Positions 27,226 to 38,978 of a stretch of 64,000 bases of DNA are shown here, one piece after another. The position numbers and the translations under genes were made by a program. Source of the DNA: Octopus sinensis (taxonomy: Eukaryota). Location of the stretch: positions 36,208,001 to 36,272,000 of the forward strand of contig NC_043013.1 in NCBI RefSeq assembly GCF_006345805.1. Direction: 5' to 3'. The notes beneath the pieces are model-generated. The model ran no database searches and was not told where the DNA came from. It saw only the letters and a list, made by a program, of their open reading frames with translations. Numbering within the stretch: the first letter of the stretch is position 1; the number at the start of each line of letters is the position of its first letter.

Positions 27226-27525
27226 CACTAGTGTAGCTAGAGTGTGTGCTGCCCGGTGTGGACTGCCCCTACTGACCCCCTACCGATCCCTCTACGACCC
27301 CTACCGACACCCCCTACCGACACCCTACCGACATCCTACCGACACTCCACCGACCCCCCCGACCCCCTACTGACACCTCGACCGACACCCCTACCGACAC
27401 CCCACTGACACCCCTACAGACCCCCTACCAACACCCTACTGACACCCCCTACCGACCCTCTACAGACCACCCCTACTGACCCCACTACCTACACCCCTAC
27501 TGACACCCCCCTTGCTACGCTAGTG
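27226..27525. mobile_element. Short TIR-bounded insertion with internal C-rich minisatellite, inside a SINE-C copy
   Basis: CACTAGTGTAGC ... GCTACGCTAGTG; flanks (27135-27225, 27526-27580) join into the SINE-C body; interior is (CCCCTACCGACA)-like units at 27266-27512. Confidence 0.55.
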
Positions 27526-27665
27526 CAACCTTGCCGCATTCTATACCATGCTGAATCTTCCTGAGAACTATGTTAAGTGATAGCACAACAGACAAGAATT
27601 CTATCCAAAAGGAGGAATATATATGCCACAGAATCTAGAAAACCAACCTTATATATATATATATA

Positions 27666-28043
27666 CACTTGCGTCAGAAATTAATTAGCACTTCTCAAAT
27701 TTCTACATTAAATAGGTTAAATCAATTAACCTATGAGCTGTTCAAAATGTCTTACGCGATGAGAAAACTTAGTATGGTGTGATTTCGGTCCTTGCGAGGC
27801 GCTACCTATATCTTAAACAAAGGAAGATTTGTCTGCATCCGCACTCCAAGTTGTTGTTGCACTGCTATGTCAACATCATAAGGCTGTAGACTCTCAAACT
27901 GCTCTGCAAACAAAGTTACGTCATCGTTCTGCGCAACAGTGAACTCGCAACAAAGCAATAGTTCAAGATATGGCCACTAGGTGACAGCACATACCTTGAG
28001 TGAAGAGCAAATCAAGGGTGCTAATTAATTTCTGACGGTAGTG
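27666..28043. mobile_element. Non-autonomous Tc1/mariner-type element, 26-bp TIRs, TA TSD
   Basis: TA|CACTTGCGTCAGAAATTAATTAGCAC ... GTGCTAATTAATTTCTGACGGTAGTG|TA. Confidence 0.88.
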
Positions 28044-28059
28044 TATATATATATACATA

Positions 28060-28575
28060 TATTCGTGTGTGACGACTACGAATGGGTACCCAGACCTTCC
28101 ACCTATACTTACTATTATGTCGGTGGAATGCTTTATCCTGGTTTTCCATACTGGCATCAAACAACTCCATATCTTTCTCAACGAGCTTTATCATTAAACA
28201 GAAAAGAATTCTTGTATGTGTTATTAAACTTGTACGAAAGCTGATGGCAGTAAATTTTGTTGCAAAGTCCTTTGTCTTTGTGAGGACTGGTTTCCCTATT
28301 GATGAGTTGAATTCTGCCATGTCAGAATGAGTAAATTTATTTATGTAGTAAATTTGTTTACAAACCTGTCTTAATTAATTACATCGCAATTATTCAGAGA
28401 TGGCTTTATAGCAGTGGTTGTCTACCATGGTGCCAGAAAATAATGTCATCTACATTTACTCACCATCATCGTAGCAATCAAGCGTCATGTTGGGGAGTCC
28501 ATTGCTACAACATATCATAAGAGTAAGTATAGGTGGAAGGTCTGGGTACCCATAATTAGTCCTCACACATGAATA
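28060..28575. mobile_element. TIR element with ~55-bp TIRs in (TA)n, superfamily unassigned
   Basis: Left TATTCGTGTGTGACGACTACGAATGGGTACCCAGACCTTCCACCTATACTTACT; right end is its near-perfect reverse complement. Confidence 0.85.
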
Positions 28576-28724
28576 TATATATATATATAATAAAAACAAA
28601 ATGGGACAAGAACGCAAAACATCCGGACAACAAAATATCTAGATAGACGATACAAAAAAACAAGGATGGGCCATTCGAAGCTTTTTATTCTCAGTCAAGA
28701 ACCGGATCATCCTCGCAATTTTGG

Positions 28725-28760
<36 letters not shown>

Positions 28761-29196
28761 AGAGTTTACGAAAAAAACAAAAGATGAAGACAGGTGGTGT
28801 ACATAACAAAGAGATGTATTAGTATAATGCTTAGGAATAGAAAAAGTATTTTACGTTTGGAACCTACGCTCTTCTACAGAAAGGGACACAGAAGAAACAA
28901 GGAGAGAAAAAAGGATCCCTTTGGATAAGATTCTTGTCTGTTGTATTGTCACTGGATTACTCATTTCTGCTACCTGAGTGGGCTGGAGCAATGTAAAATG
29001 AAGTACTTTTGCTCAAGAACACAACCTGTTACTCAGTCTAGGAATTGAAATCACAGTCTTATGATCGTGGTTGAGACACCTTAACCACTAAGCAATGCAC
29101 TTCCACTATGTGTGTGTATGTGTGTGTGTGCTTGTGTGTATCTCAAATAGACAGACAGGTAGACAGATAGATAGACAGACAAGTAAATAGATGGAC

Positions 29197-29248
<52 letters not shown>

Positions 29249-30092
29249 TGATAGATAGATAGATGGATGGATGGATAGATAGATAGATGGGTAGATAGAT
29301 AGATAGGGAGAGAGAGAGAAAGAAGTGCATAGACTAGCTTACACCAATATAATTCTATGCGTAAATGCATGCACAATGATGCATTAACTGTATGCACATA
29401 TAATGATAAACATGCTTACACTTACACTAACACCCACCCACCACGTACATGAATTGGTGGGTAGAATATTTTCTCAAGCAATACTTAAGTAGAGAGAAGA
29501 CCATTGTGGAATGGCATCTTCAATTCTGTTTAAACTTTAACAAATATCATTTAGATCTCCTGAGGTAAGGCAATAGAAAACTATTCTTTTTGTATTTATT
29601 TATAAATATTTTTCTCATTTCTGTACATTAAAAATTTTTTAATATGGGATATATTGTCAAGTAATAGCTGTGCGTATACACACAACCACCCATGTGCATA
29701 TATATAGATTTCTATACAAGAATACATACAAGCATTGCACATCTATATAAGTGGATGCATGCTTGTCTGCATGTGTGTGTATAAAAACACACAAAAACAC
29801 GTGCTTACATACTAAAACACACACACATGCATGCACCAATGCACACTTATATCTATATATGAGCAAACCTACATTTACGCATACAGAAACCCACATTTGT
29901 ACGTATGCATGCATTACGTATATAAATGTGTGTATGTAAGTGTACAGGCTTTATGACTATGTATACCTCACACATATAAGCACCCACATACATTACACAC
30001 ATATGTATACACTTGAATACAAAAATTAATTTGCTAATTTTTTCATGCACATACCTACCTATCTACATAATATATACTTATACATATATACC

Positions 30093-30144
<52 letters not shown>

Positions 30145-30813
30145 GTATATATATATATGCATATATATAGTGTATGTACGTATGTCTTATATATATATAT
30201 AGAATAGTAATTTTTTTGTCATTTTTAAATGGTAAGAACAAGTTAGGTTTTCCCCTCCCTCTTTTGAGCTCTAAATCAAACCCCATTTGGGTATTATTTG
30301 AATTTTAAATGAATATTTTCTCAAGGACCGATGGTTATCATTAAATTTTATTTTATGTACATCTTTTATTTTTTATTTTTTTATTTTTACTTCTCCAATC
30401 ATTTGAATTGATAATCTTCCTAACCATTAGCTCTTCCTTTCCGTTGTTATTGTATTTTAATTTTATTTTGTAGGAATTTGGGGAAAAGAATTTAAAAAAA
30501 TAGCAGATGAATAATTAAATACCATTACTGAATCAACCAAATTGTATATAAAAAAAACTCCCCAGAATTTATATCTATTTATCTATCTATAACATATATA
30601 TGTGTATGTATGTATATATCTATGTGTGCATGTGTATATATATATATGTGTGTGTGTGCGTGTATATATACCTGCATGTGTGTATGTACATTGCTTTATC
30701 TTCTTCAATTCTTGATATAGATGTGCATTTCATTTAATTCCATTCCGTTTCATCCTCTCAGATTTATTGCAAGGACTTAACAAACACCAATAATAATAAT
30801 GATAATAATAATA

Positions 30814-30844
<31 letters not shown>

Positions 30845-31182
30845 CGATGATGATGATGATAACAACAACAACAATAGTAATGAAACCATATTAAATGAAG
30901 AAATAAATTTTAAAAAAGGTACCTGGTAGAGTAAGGGGTTGTGATAGGGCTGGAGCTTAATTGCGTATAAAAGAAAAATAGAAGAAAATTGTTTTAGGGA
31001 GTTTTTTTTTTTGTTCCAAATGTAGACTTCAAGGTTCTCATTTAAGAGGTGAGGCAATAATTTTGCTTTTTGGTTGGTGGTTTCAGGGGCTGGGGTGAAC
31101 AGGATAGAAAGAGGAAGGGAGGGGAGAGGGGGGGGTCTTTCTTTACTTTCTTTTATCTTCAGTATATATCTCTATATATAAA

Positions 31183-31216
<34 letters not shown>

Positions 31217-31272
31217 CCATACATATACATACAATCATACAAACACACACACATGCACATATATATGTACAT

Positions 31273-31308
<36 letters not shown>

Positions 31309-31544
31309 TGTGCATTTGTGCATCTGTGTTTCTGTGCTTGTGTGTGCATGGATGTATTATGCATATATGTGTAAAGTAGACACTCAAATACATGAACACT
31401 CAAACGCACGGCAGACACACACATGCATACACACACACACACACATGCCACCACACGCAAACACACACAAACATGCACACACATGCATGCACATACACAC
31501 ACATATATGTATACAGTTTTACATTAACATCTGCAGGCATGTAA

Positions 31545-31920
31545 GGCAGCAAGCTGGTGGAAATGTTAGCATGCTGGGCAAAATGATTTGTTTGTCTTTA
31601 CATTCTGAGTTCAAATTCTGTCGAGGTCGACTTTGCCTTTCATCCCTTTTGGGTCGATAAATTAAGTACCAGATGCATACTGGAGTCAATCAATTGACTT
31701 GCCTTCTCCCCCAAAATTTTGGGTATTGTGCCTAGAATACAAAAGAATATGTCAGTTATATTTAGGAGGCTGCAAGCAGGTAGAAACGTTAGCACACCGA
31801 ACGAAATGCTTAGCAGTGTTTTGTCTGTCTTTACATTCTGAGTTCAAATTGTACCTAGATCAACATTGCCTTTTATCTTTTCGGTATGAATTAAGTACCA
31901 GTTGCATACTGGAATCAAAC
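31545..31920 (+). mobile_element. Two adjacent SINE family B copies
   Basis: TTAGCA..TTACATTCTGAGTTCAAATT..TTTGCCTTT..AATTAAGTACCAG repeated; the second abuts the satellite. Confidence 0.8.
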
Positions 31921-34900
31921 TAAACTTTAGGACCCTTATGCAGTTAGTGTCCAAGGGTGCTGATACAGTTTAGAGTCCTATGGTCCTCATGCAATTTACT
32001 GACCAGGTGGCAAGATGATGTTGTCTAAACTAGTGAACTAAATAGTTTAGTGTCATGGTTAGTAAAGTTCATCAGGAACCTAGTAGACTAAAGTGCATCT
32101 GGACCCTAGGACACAAAAGGGCATCTAGACCATAGGACAATAAATCGCTCCTCGACCCTAGAATACTGAACTGCATCTGGACCATAGGACACTAAAGTGC
32201 ATCTGGACAATAGGACACTAAAGTGCATCTGGACAATAGGACACTAAAGTGCATCTGGACCATGGGACACTAAAGTGCATGTGGACCCAAGGACACTAAA
32301 GTGCAACAGGAGCATAGCACACTAAAGTGCATCTGGACCATAGGACACTAAAGAGTATCTGGAGCCTAGGACAATAAAGAGCATCTGGTCCCTAGGACAC
32401 TAAACTGCATCCAGACCATAGAACACTAAAATGCATTTGGATCATAGGAAAGTAAAGTGCATCTGAACGATAGGACACTAAAGTGCATCTATGGCCCAGA
32501 TGCAGTTTAGTATCCTAAGGTCCAGATGCAGTTTAGTGCCCTAGGGTACAGATGCAGTTTAGTGTCCTAGCGTCCAGATGCAGTTTAGTGTCCTAGAGTC
32601 CTGATTAACTTTAGTGAACTATGGTCCAGATGCACTTTAGTGTCCTATGGCCCAGATGCACTTTAGTGAACTATGGTCTTGATGCACTTTGGTGTCCTAT
32701 GGTCTAGACACTACAATCCATGAGGGGTCTATGACACTAAAGTGCATCTGCACCCTAGGACATTTAGGTGCATCTGGACCCTAGGACACTAAACTGCATC
32801 TGGACCTAAGGACACTATAGGGCTTCAGGACCCTAGGACATTTAACTGTATAAGGACCCGAGGACACTAAAGTACATTAGGACCATAGGACACTATACTG
32901 CATCTGGACCCAAGGACACTTAAACTGCATCAGGATTCTTGGACGCTAAAGTGCATCTGAATCCTAGGACTCTAAACTGCATCAGGACCCTACAACACTA
33001 AACTGCATCTGGACCCTAGGACACTAAATTGCATCTGGGCACTAGGACACTAAATTGCATCTGGACCATAAGACACTAAAGTGCATTTGGGTCATAGGAC
33101 ACTAAAGTGAACCTCGATCCTAGGACACCAAAGTGCATCGGGACCCTAAGACATTAAAGTGCATCTGGACCATTGGACACTGAAGTGCATCTCGACCCTA
33201 GGACACTAGAATGCATGAGGACCATAGGACATTAAACTGCATCTGGACTATAGGACACTAAATTGTATCAGGACCATAGGACACTAAACTGCATCTGGAC
33301 ACTAGAATACTAAACTGCATCTGGACCATAGGACTCTAAAGTCCATCTGGACCATAGGACACTAAAGTGCACCTCGACCCTAGGACAATAAAGTGCCTCA
33401 GGACACTAGGACACGAGAGTGCATCTGGAACATAGGACACTAAAGTGCACCTCAACCATAGGACACTAGAGTGCATAAGGACTCTTGGACACTAGAATGC
33501 ATGAGGACCCTAGGACACTAAATGCATTAGGACCCAAGGACACTAAACTGCATCTGGACCCAAGAACTCTAAACTGTACCTTGACCCTAGGACACAAAAC
33601 TGCATCGCAACCATAGGACACTAAACAGCAGCTGGACTCTAGGAGACTAAACTGCATCTGGACCCTAGGAAACTAAAGTGCATCAGGACCATAGAACACT
33701 AAGGTGCATCTCGACCCTAGGTAACTAGACTGCATCTGGACACTGAGACACTAAACTGCATCTAGACCCTAGGACACGTAACTGCATCAGGACCGTAGGA
33801 CACTATACTGTACCTTGACCCTAGGACACAAAACTGCATCGCGACCGTAGGACACTAAGCAGCAGCTGGACTCTAGGAGACTAAACTGCATCTGGACCCT
33901 AGGAAACTAAAGTGCATCAGGACCATAGAACACTAAACTGCATCTCGACCCTAGGTAACTAGACTGCATCTGGACACTGAGACACTAAACTGCATCTAGA
34001 CCCTAGGACACGTAACTGCATCAGGACCGTAGGACACTATACTGTACCTTGACCCTAGGACACAAAACTGCATCGCGACCGTAGGACACTAAGCAGCAGC
34101 TGGACTCTAGGAGACTAAACTGCATCTGGACCCTAGGAAACTAAAGTGCATCAGGACCATAGAACACTAAACTGCATCTCGACCCTAGGCAACTAGACTG
34201 CATCAGGACCCTAAGACACTGAACTGCATCTAGACCCTAGGACACTAAACTGCATCTGGACCCTAGGACACTAGACTGCAGCGGGACCCTAGGACACTAA
34301 ACTGCATCTGGACCCTGGGACACTAAACTGCATCTAGACCATAGGACACTAAATTGCATCAGGACCGTAGGATATTATACTGCATCTGGACCCAAGGACA
34401 CTAAACTGCATCTGGACCCTAGGACACTAAACTGTATCTGGACCCTAGGACACTAAATTGCATCAGGACCCTATTTCACTAAACTGCATCTAGACCCTGG
34501 GACACTAAGTGCATCTGAACCATAGGACACAATAGTACACCTCCACCCTAGGACACTATACTGCATCTGGACCCTAGGACACTTAAACTACATCAGGATT
34601 CTTGGATGCTAAAGTGCATCAGGACCCTACAACACTAAACTGCATCTGGACCCTACGACACTAAACTACATCTGGACCATAGGACACTAAACTGCATCTC
34701 GACCCTAGGTCACTAAACTGCATCTGGGCTCTAGGACACAAAAGTGCATTTGGACCATAGGACACTAAAGTGCATCTGGACCATAGGACACCAAATTGCA
34801 TATGGTCCAGATGCAGTTTAGTTTCCTAGGGTCGAGGTGCACTTTAGTGTCCTTAGGTCCTGATGCAGTTTAGTGTTGTGGGGTCGTGATGCAGTTTAAT

Positions 34901-35617
34901 GTTGTAGGGTCCTGATGCAGTTTTGTGTCCTAGGGTCCAGATGCACTTTAGTGTCCTATGGCCCAGATAGGACATGAATGTACATCTAGACCATAGGACA
35001 CAAATGTTCATCTGGACCCTAGAACACTACAGTGCATCTGGACCATAGGACCATAGTACATGAAATTGCATCAGGCCCATAGTACACTAAAGTACACCAG
35101 GTCCATAGGGCACTAATGTGCATGAGGACTCTAGGACACTAAACTGCACCTCGACCCTAGGATACTATATTGCATGAGGTCCCTAGGACACTAAAAAACA
35201 TCAGGACCCTAGGATTCTAATGTGCAACAGGACCATAGGACACTAAACTGTATCAGGACTATAGGACAATAAAGTGCATTGGGACCCTGATGCCTTTTAG
35301 TGTCCTAGGGTCTTTATGGAAATTCACATCCTAGTGTCCTTATACATTTTCGTGACTTAGGGTGCTGACGTAGTTTAATGCCCTAGTATCTTGATGCAGT
35401 TTAATGTGCGAGTGTCCTGATGCAGTTTAGTGTCCCAGGGTCCTGATGCAATTTAGTGTCCTAGGGTCCTGATGCACCTTAGTGTGGTAGCTTGCTGATG
35501 TACTTTATTGTCCTAGCTACCTGATGCAGTTTAGTATCCCAGGGTCCTGATGCTGTCTAATCTCCAAGTTTCTTGATGCTCTTTTGTGTCCTAGGGCCCT
35601 GTTGCATTTTAATATCC

Positions 35618-38250
35618 TAGGTCCTGATGCACTTTAGTGTCATAGGTTCCTAATGTAGTTTAGGGTCCCAATGCATTTTAGTGTCCTGGCGTCCTGATGC
35701 TGTTTAGTGTCCTAATACACCTTAGGGTCCTGATGCACTTTAGTGTCATAGGTTCCTAATGTAGTTTAGGGTCCCAATGCATTTTAGTGTCCTGGCGTCC
35801 TGATGCTGTTAGTGTCCTAATACACCTTAGGGTCCTGATGCACTTTAGTGTCATAGGTTCCTAATGTAGTTTAGGGTCCCAATGCATTTTAGTGTCCTGG
35901 CGTCTGATGCTGTTTAGTGTCCTAATACACCTTAGGGTCCTGATGCACTTTAGTGTCATAGGTTCCTAATGTAGTTTAGGGTCCCAATGCATTTTAGTGT
36001 CCTGGCGTCCTGATGCTGTTTAGTGTCCTAATACACTTAGGGTCCTGATGCACTTTAGTGTCATAGGTTCCTAATGTAGTTTAGGGTCCCATGCATTTTA
36101 GTGTCCTGGCGTCCTGATGCTGTTTAGTGTCCTAATACACCTTAGGTCCTGATGCACTTTAGTGTCATAGGTTCCTAATGTAGTTTAGGGTCCCAATGCA
36201 TTTTAGTGTCCTGGCGTCCTGATGCTGTTTAGTGTCCTAATACACCTTAGGGTCCTGATGCACTTTAGTGTCATAGGTTCCTAATGTAGTTTAGGGTCCA
36301 ATGCATTTTAGTGTCCTGGCGTCCTGATGCTGTTTAGTGTCCTAATACACCTTAGGGTCCTGATGCACTTTAGTGTCATAGGTTCCTAATGTAGTTAGGG
36401 TCCCAATGCATTTTAGTGTCCTGGCGTCCTGATGCTGTTTAGTGTCCTAATACACCTTAGGGTCCTGATGCACTTTAGTGTCATAGGTTCCTAATGTAGT
36501 TTAGGGTCCCAATGCATTTTAGTGTCCTGGCGTCCTGATGCTGTTTAGTGTCCTAATACACCTTAGGGTCCTGATGCACTTTAGTGTCATAGGTTCCTAA
36601 TGTAGTTTAGGGTCCCAATGCATTTTAGTGTCCTGGCGTCCTGATGCTGTTTAGTGTCCTAATACACTTAGGGTCCTGATGCACTTTAGTGTCATAGGTT
36701 CTAATGTAGTTTAGGGTCCAATGCATTTTAGTGTCCTGGCGTCCTGATGCTGTTTAGTGTCCTAATACACTTAGGGTCCTGATGCACTTTAGTGTCATAG
36801 GTTCCTAATGTAGTTTAGGGTCCAATGCATTTTAGTGTCCTGGCGTCCTGATGCTGTTTAGTGTCCTAATACACCTTAGGGTCCTGATGCACTTTAGTGT
36901 CATAGGTCCTAATGTAGTTTAGGGTCCCAATGCATTTTAGTGTCCTGGCGTCCTGATGCTGTTTAGTGTCCTAATACACCTTAGGGTCCTGATGCACTTT
37001 AGTGTCATAGGTTCCTAATGTAGTTTAGGGTCCAATGCATTTTAGTGTCCTGGCGTCCTGATGCTGTTTAGTGTCCTAATACACCTTAGGGTCCTGATGC
37101 ACTTTAGTGTCATAGGTTCCTATGTAGTTTAGGGTCCCAATGCATTTTAGTGTCCTGGCGTCCTGATGCTGTTTAGTGTCCTAATACACCTTAGGGTCCT
37201 GATGCACTTTAGTGTCATAGGTTCCTAATGTAGTTTAGGGTCCCAATGCATTTTAGTGTCCTGGCGTCCTGATGCTGTTTAGTGTCCTAATACACCTTAG
37301 GGTCCTGATGCACTTTAGTGTCATAGGTTCCTAATGTAGTTTAGGGTCCCAATGCATTTTAGTGTCCTGGCGTCCTGATGCTGTTTAGTGTCCTAATACA
37401 CCTTAGGGTCCTGATGCACTTTAGTGTCATAGGTTCCTAATGTAGTTTAGGGTCCCAATGCATTTTAGTGTCCTGGCGTCCTGATGCTGTTTAGTGTCCT
37501 AATACACCTTAGGGTCCTGATGCACTTTAGTGTCATAGGTTCCTAATGTAGTTTAGGGTCCCAATGCATTTTAGTGTCCTGGCGTCCTGATGCTGTTTAG
37601 TGTCCTAATACACCTTAGGGTCCTGATGCACTTTAGTGTCATAGGTTCCTAATGTAGTTTAGGGTCCCAATGCATTTTAGTGTCCTGGCGTCCTGATGCT
37701 GTTTAGTGTCCTAATACACCTTAGGGTCCTGATGCACTTTAGTGTCATAGGTTCCTAATGTAGTTTAGGGTCCCAATGCATTTTAGTGTCCTGGCGTCCT
37801 GATGCTGTTTAGTGTCCTAATACACCTTAGGGTCCTGATGCACTTTAGTGTCATAGGTTCCTAATGTAGTTTAGGGTCCCAATGCATTTTAGTGTCCTGG
37901 CGTCCTGATGCTGTTTAGTGTCCTAATACACCTTAGGGTCCTGATGCACTTTAGTGTCATAGGTTCCTAATGTAGTTTAGGGTCCCAATGCATTTTAGTG
38001 TCCTGGCGTCCTGATGCTGTTTAGTGTCCTAATACACCTTAGGGTCCTGATGCACTTTAGTGTCATAGGTTCCTAATGTAGTTTAGGGTCCCAATGCATT
38101 TTAGTGTCCTGGCGTCCTGATGCTGTTTAGTGTCCTAATACACCTTAGGGTCCTGATGCACTTTAGTGTCATAGGTTCCTAATGTAGTTTAGGGTCCTGA
38201 TGCATTTTAGTGTCCTGGCGTCCTGATGCTGTTTAGTGTCCTAATACACC
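35618..38250. repeat. 106-bp higher-order repeat, ~25 copies
   Basis: CTGGCGTCCT at 37261, 37367, 37473; unit = 26+18+26+26+10 bp. Confidence 0.97.
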
Positions 38251-38978
38251 TTAGGGTCCTGATGCACTTTAGTGTCCTGGCGTCCTGATGCTGTTTAGTG
38301 TCCTAATACACCTTAGGGTCCTGATGCACTTTAGTGTCCTGGCGTCCTGATGCTGTTTAGTGTCCTAATACACCTTAGGGTCCTGATGCACTTTAGTGTC
38401 CTAATACACCTTAGGGTCCTGATGCACTTTAGTGTCCTAATACACCTTAGGGTCCTGATGCACTTTAGTGTCCTAATACACCTTAGGGTCCTGATGCACT
38501 TTAGTGTCCTAATACACCTTAGGGTCCTGATGCACTTTAGTGTCCTAATACACCTTAGGGTCTGATGCACTTTAGTGTCCTAATACACCTTAGGGTCCTG
38601 ATGCACTTTAGTGTCCTAATACACCTTAGGGTCCTGATGCACTTTAGTGTCCTAATACACCTTAGGGTCCTGATGCACTTTAGTGTCCTAATACACCTTA
38701 GGGTCCTGATGCACTTTAGTGTCCTAATACACCTTAGGGTCCTGATGCACTTTAGTGTCCTAATACACCTTAGGGTCCTGATGCACTTTAGTGTCCTAAT
38801 ACACCTTAGGGTCCTGATGCACTTTAGTGTCCTAATACACCTTAGGGTCCTGATGCACTTTAGTGTCCTAATACACCTTAGGGTCCTGATGCACTTTAGT
38901 GTCCTAATACACCTTAGGGTCCTGATGCACTTTAGTGTCCTAATACACCTTAGGGTCCTGATGCACTTTAGTGTCCTA
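38251..38978. repeat. Two 62-bp units followed by 16 full 36-bp units (TTAGGGTCCTGATGCACTTTAGTGTCCTAATACACC)
   Basis: Unit starts at 38251, 38313, 38375 ... 38950; the CIRTLRCIRTLK ORFs arise because 36 is divisible by 3. Confidence 0.97.

Noticed and set aside
28590-28915. Two (TA)n-anchored short repeats with hammerhead-like boxes on minus (CTGTAGAAGAGCGTAGGTTCCAAAC; CTGAGAA..TTCGAAT)
   Set aside because: Core boxes non-canonical in both; needs a family consensus.
35618-38978. CRISPR-like regular repeats
   Set aside because: No unique spacers and no cas genes; eukaryotic satellite.
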